Positions 39,779 through 64,000 of a DNA stretch of 64,000 nt are shown here, in pieces. The notes beneath the pieces were generated by a model, which searched no databases, was not told the DNA's origin, and saw only the letters and a list, made by a program, of their open reading frames with translations. This stretch comes from Amoebidium appalachense (Eukaryota > Protista > Ichthyosporea), in contig CAVNZM010000003.1 in NCBI GenBank assembly GCA_963693365.1, positions 10,198,101-10,262,100 on the forward strand, written 5' to 3'. The position numbers and the translations under genes were made by a program. The stretch's first letter is position 1. Every line of letters starts with the position of its first letter.

Positions 39779-39838
<60 letters not shown>

Positions 39839-41206
39839 CGGCCACCATACCTTTGCGTCCAGCTCTACATCCGCCTGCAAAGTGAACTTTTCACGTGAGA
39901 TGCTTCGCGGCCCCAATAAGCCTTATGTTTTCCGTAGGAAATGTGGATGGTAAATACATTTATAGATTCAGATTCATGTTGACACCAATCTATGTTGGCA
40001 AGCGGTCGTTTGCGTGCTTGGGCTTTACTTTACGCGCGCATCTGATGTGGGGAAAATACAAGTATATGGCAAGTGGTTGGCAAGTGGTTAGATTGCTATT
40101 CAACGGATGAGAATCACGCCCATTGCCAACCATAGCTGGTAAAAATAAGGAGATGTGAAATTTTGATTATATGTATGGTCATGTTAAACATGTATTTCTC
40201 AACTATTTATTCCAATGGTCTTGAGCATTAGCAAAATCTTAGTCTGCTCTCTTTCACCTTGACCTAACGAGGAGGAGATTTTCTACGCAACCAACGCCGT
40301 GTGCGGCTGCCCATGGTGTAACCAAAAGTACCTGGGATAGTTACAGCTTCTGTTAAAGCTTTTGTATTCATCGTTTCAAGGCATTTGAAAACATTACGTT
40401 AAAATTAGCTGCACACAGAAAAATATCATCGGAAGCTGTTGGGCAACGGCTGAGCACGAAACCCGCGCGTAAGATCCAGTTGATCCTAAGGTAGCGAATC
40501 ACATTCGTCTTTGAGGAGGGTAAACTGGTCACATGCACATGATTAAGATCTTCCTCCAGATAAGGACAGATTGCCTCAGGTATTGATGTTCGATGCTTCA
40601 AAGCTCATCGCATAAATAGGTCAGTAGATTTGTAAAGTAACAATAACGTGTCCTGTAAAAATGCTTGTGCTTCGTTAAGTAGGATGTAAAATGTTTTTCC
40701 CGCGGCGGGATGCATATGTGGCAACTAAGATTAGCTGAAACATCGGCTCACCCAAAGATTTACTGCGCTCGAGAAGGCTGCCGCTACCCGAATAAATTAT
40801 AGCGCTTCACTCAAACAATACTACAAAATAAATTGAAAGAACAATTAAGCCCCCCATTCAAACGATTGAGACCCCTTATTGAATTTTTACGGTTAGGAAA
40901 ACCGAAGTTTCTGATAGAAACGGCGTCGCTTTCTATTCGTGCCGGTCGCACCGCTTCACAGCGACCAAGTCTCGCGCGCGCTGATAGTCAAGCACGGGCA
41001 ACTGTGCGCACGTACGCGTTACTGGGGAAAAAACTCTATGTTCTGAAAAGCACAAGTACACGCACACAACCCTTTCAGAAAGCCTAAGAAACGTACAAGT
41101 AATTGCATAATTAGTGTGCGAGAGTGTTGTTTGGCAAAGGCAAACGCGAATGGACGAGGAAGGAAAGTAGGTTAGCAAGGAATCGTTTCGTTGGCACCCA
41201 GGAAAA

Positions 41207-61846
<20,640 letters not shown>

Positions 61847-61973
61847 GTTTGTGACACTGACAGTCTGTGTGTATTTGTGTTTTTTTTTTGTTTTTTTTTC
61901 TTTTTATTTTCTTTTTGTTTTTTTCTTTTTGAGGGGGGAGAAGGGGAGGCGGGGGGAGTGTGTGTGTTGTTGC

Positions 61974-62026
<53 letters not shown>

Positions 62027-62387
62027 GGGAGGGGGGAGGGGGGAGGGGGGAGGGGACCGTGGGTTGGTTGTGAGAAAATGAATAGATGGTTCTTGGGTCA
62101 CAAATGAAATGGGGGGGGAAGGATAGCGTCTAACGGTTCAATATGGACGTTTGAGGTGCTGATGTTTTTTACAACACAAACACTCTCTTTCTCTCCCGAG
62201 GCCTTCGTCGCATTCTCTCTGTCTGTCTCGCTTTCTGTCCCCCTCCCCCCTCCCCCCCCCCTCCGGAGGGGTCCTTTCTCCGCCCCTCCTCCATTGCAAG
62301 CATACTCAATCCCAGAGTCCAGTAATTTTGCCTCAATTATTTAATCCATAAACATTGCATTTAGCACGTCTAACTGAATAAACACAC

Positions 62388-62454
<67 letters not shown>

Positions 62455-62533
62455 GTTACACACACACACACTTCCCCTCCCCTTTCCCCCAACACACCCC
62501 ATCTCCCTCAACTGCACACACAGACATCCTCCA

Positions 62534-62576
<43 letters not shown>

Positions 62577-63023
62577 AAAAACACTTTCCCGCCCCCCCCC
62601 CTCCCCACCCCACCCTCCCCCTCACACATGCACACACGTGCACACACGTACAGCTGGGTGCTAGCTCCGACACCCTTCCAGGCATCTCCTCCGTCACCAA
62701 CCCCCTCACGGTGGACACAGCGGCCACCCACAGTCCCAAGCCATCCATCTCTCTTGCTCGCACCCCATCCCTCAAGAAGAAACCAAATCTTGCAACACCA
62801 ACTCCCAAGGTATCGCATATTCCTCTCTTCCGCCCATCATAATTTTCAGGGGCAGCCCCTTGGCTGCCGCCTCTACAACTTCCATCGAAAACTTGCATAT
62901 TACACATACGGCCCACACACATGGCTGACACACACAGGTCCATGCTAACAGCATATACAGCGTGTCTACATCTTGCGTACGTCCGGTTACATGTGTAACC
63001 CCCAACCTCCCCCTACACGCGCA

Positions 63024-63208
<185 letters not shown>

Positions 63209-63372
63209 ACGCGCGCGAGCGCGCGCGCACACACAAAAAAAAAAAAGAAAAGAAAAGAAAAAGAACAAGGAAAAAAGTAACCTCAGTCTATCACTTCAAT
63301 CAAAGCATTAAGGCTTCCTTTTTTTTTCAACTTTCGCAAGGCTTTTCTTCCCCCCCCCCCCCCCCCCCTGTG

Positions 63373-63496
63373 GATGACGTGGGCCCCCCCTGAGGATGGG
63401 CTCTGCTTATTATGCATACTCTTTATGTATGGCTTGCATTCTGCATCGTGTTATCCGTTTGTTCCTGTGTACTTCGTACTTTTTGACGCATTCAAA
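63373..63496. repeat. ~124-bp dispersed repeat, copy 3
   Basis: Same sequence; poly-C on both sides. Confidence 0.92.
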
Positions 63497-64000
63497 CCCC
63501 CCCCCCCCCCCCCCCACCACCACCACCACCACCACCACCACCACCGTCACCGTCACCACTCCCCCCACCTCCCCAGGGTCTCCCTCCCCCTCTTTTTATT
63601 ACCATTATTACATTTCTATTCTAGTATTTCTTTTATTCCGTTTTTTATTATTTATTTCAAGGGGAGGGAGGGGCGGGGGGGGGGGGGGGGGGGGGGGGGC
63701 TGAGCATGGGTCCATTCAAACTTCAACTTGTCTGACGACAATGACTCTTTGTACAGGTGCCATCCTCCAGTGTCACAGACAGCCAATCAGCAAGCCCCTT
63801 CTAGGGAGATCTCGAACTTTCCAGAAGAGGTGCGGTGTGTCAGGGCACTTAATCATTGGGGGAAAAAAAAAGGGGGCCTCCACGTATCATAGTCAGTTGA
63901 ACCTTCATATTCAGGCCTCCACTTAAGTTTCTGTATCATTGAGTCATTTGTTTCGAGTCTTTATTTCACATTACGTTAGTGTTCTATTTTTTATTTTATA

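Overview
Eukaryotic genomic window with two distinct halves. Bases 1 to ~22,295 are a GC-rich, intron-free endogenous Polinton/Maverick-like virus whose left end lies outside the window. It encodes a retroviral-type integrase (N-terminus only, absent from the ORF track), a protein-primed family B DNA polymerase, an A32-like packaging ATPase, double-jelly-roll major and minor capsid proteins, and a poxvirus/NCLDV VLTF3-like late transcription factor. It also carries a frameshift-split 7-TM protein and a tandem family of fibre-like genes sharing an N-terminal module, plus a 19-codon vestige of another copy. A recurring upstream motif and a structured right terminus are visible. Bases ~22,300-64,000 are host DNA full of poly-G/C and (CA)n tracts. 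They contain Copia-like LTR debris, a multi-exon class C GPCR with a bacterial solute-binding-protein-like ectodomain (minus strand), a multi-exon FMN/Cappuccino-like formin (plus strand) and a ~124-bp dispersed repeat. Single-base frameshifts occur in both viral and host genes, so assembly error is likely. All family calls come from motif recognition by eye; no searches were run.
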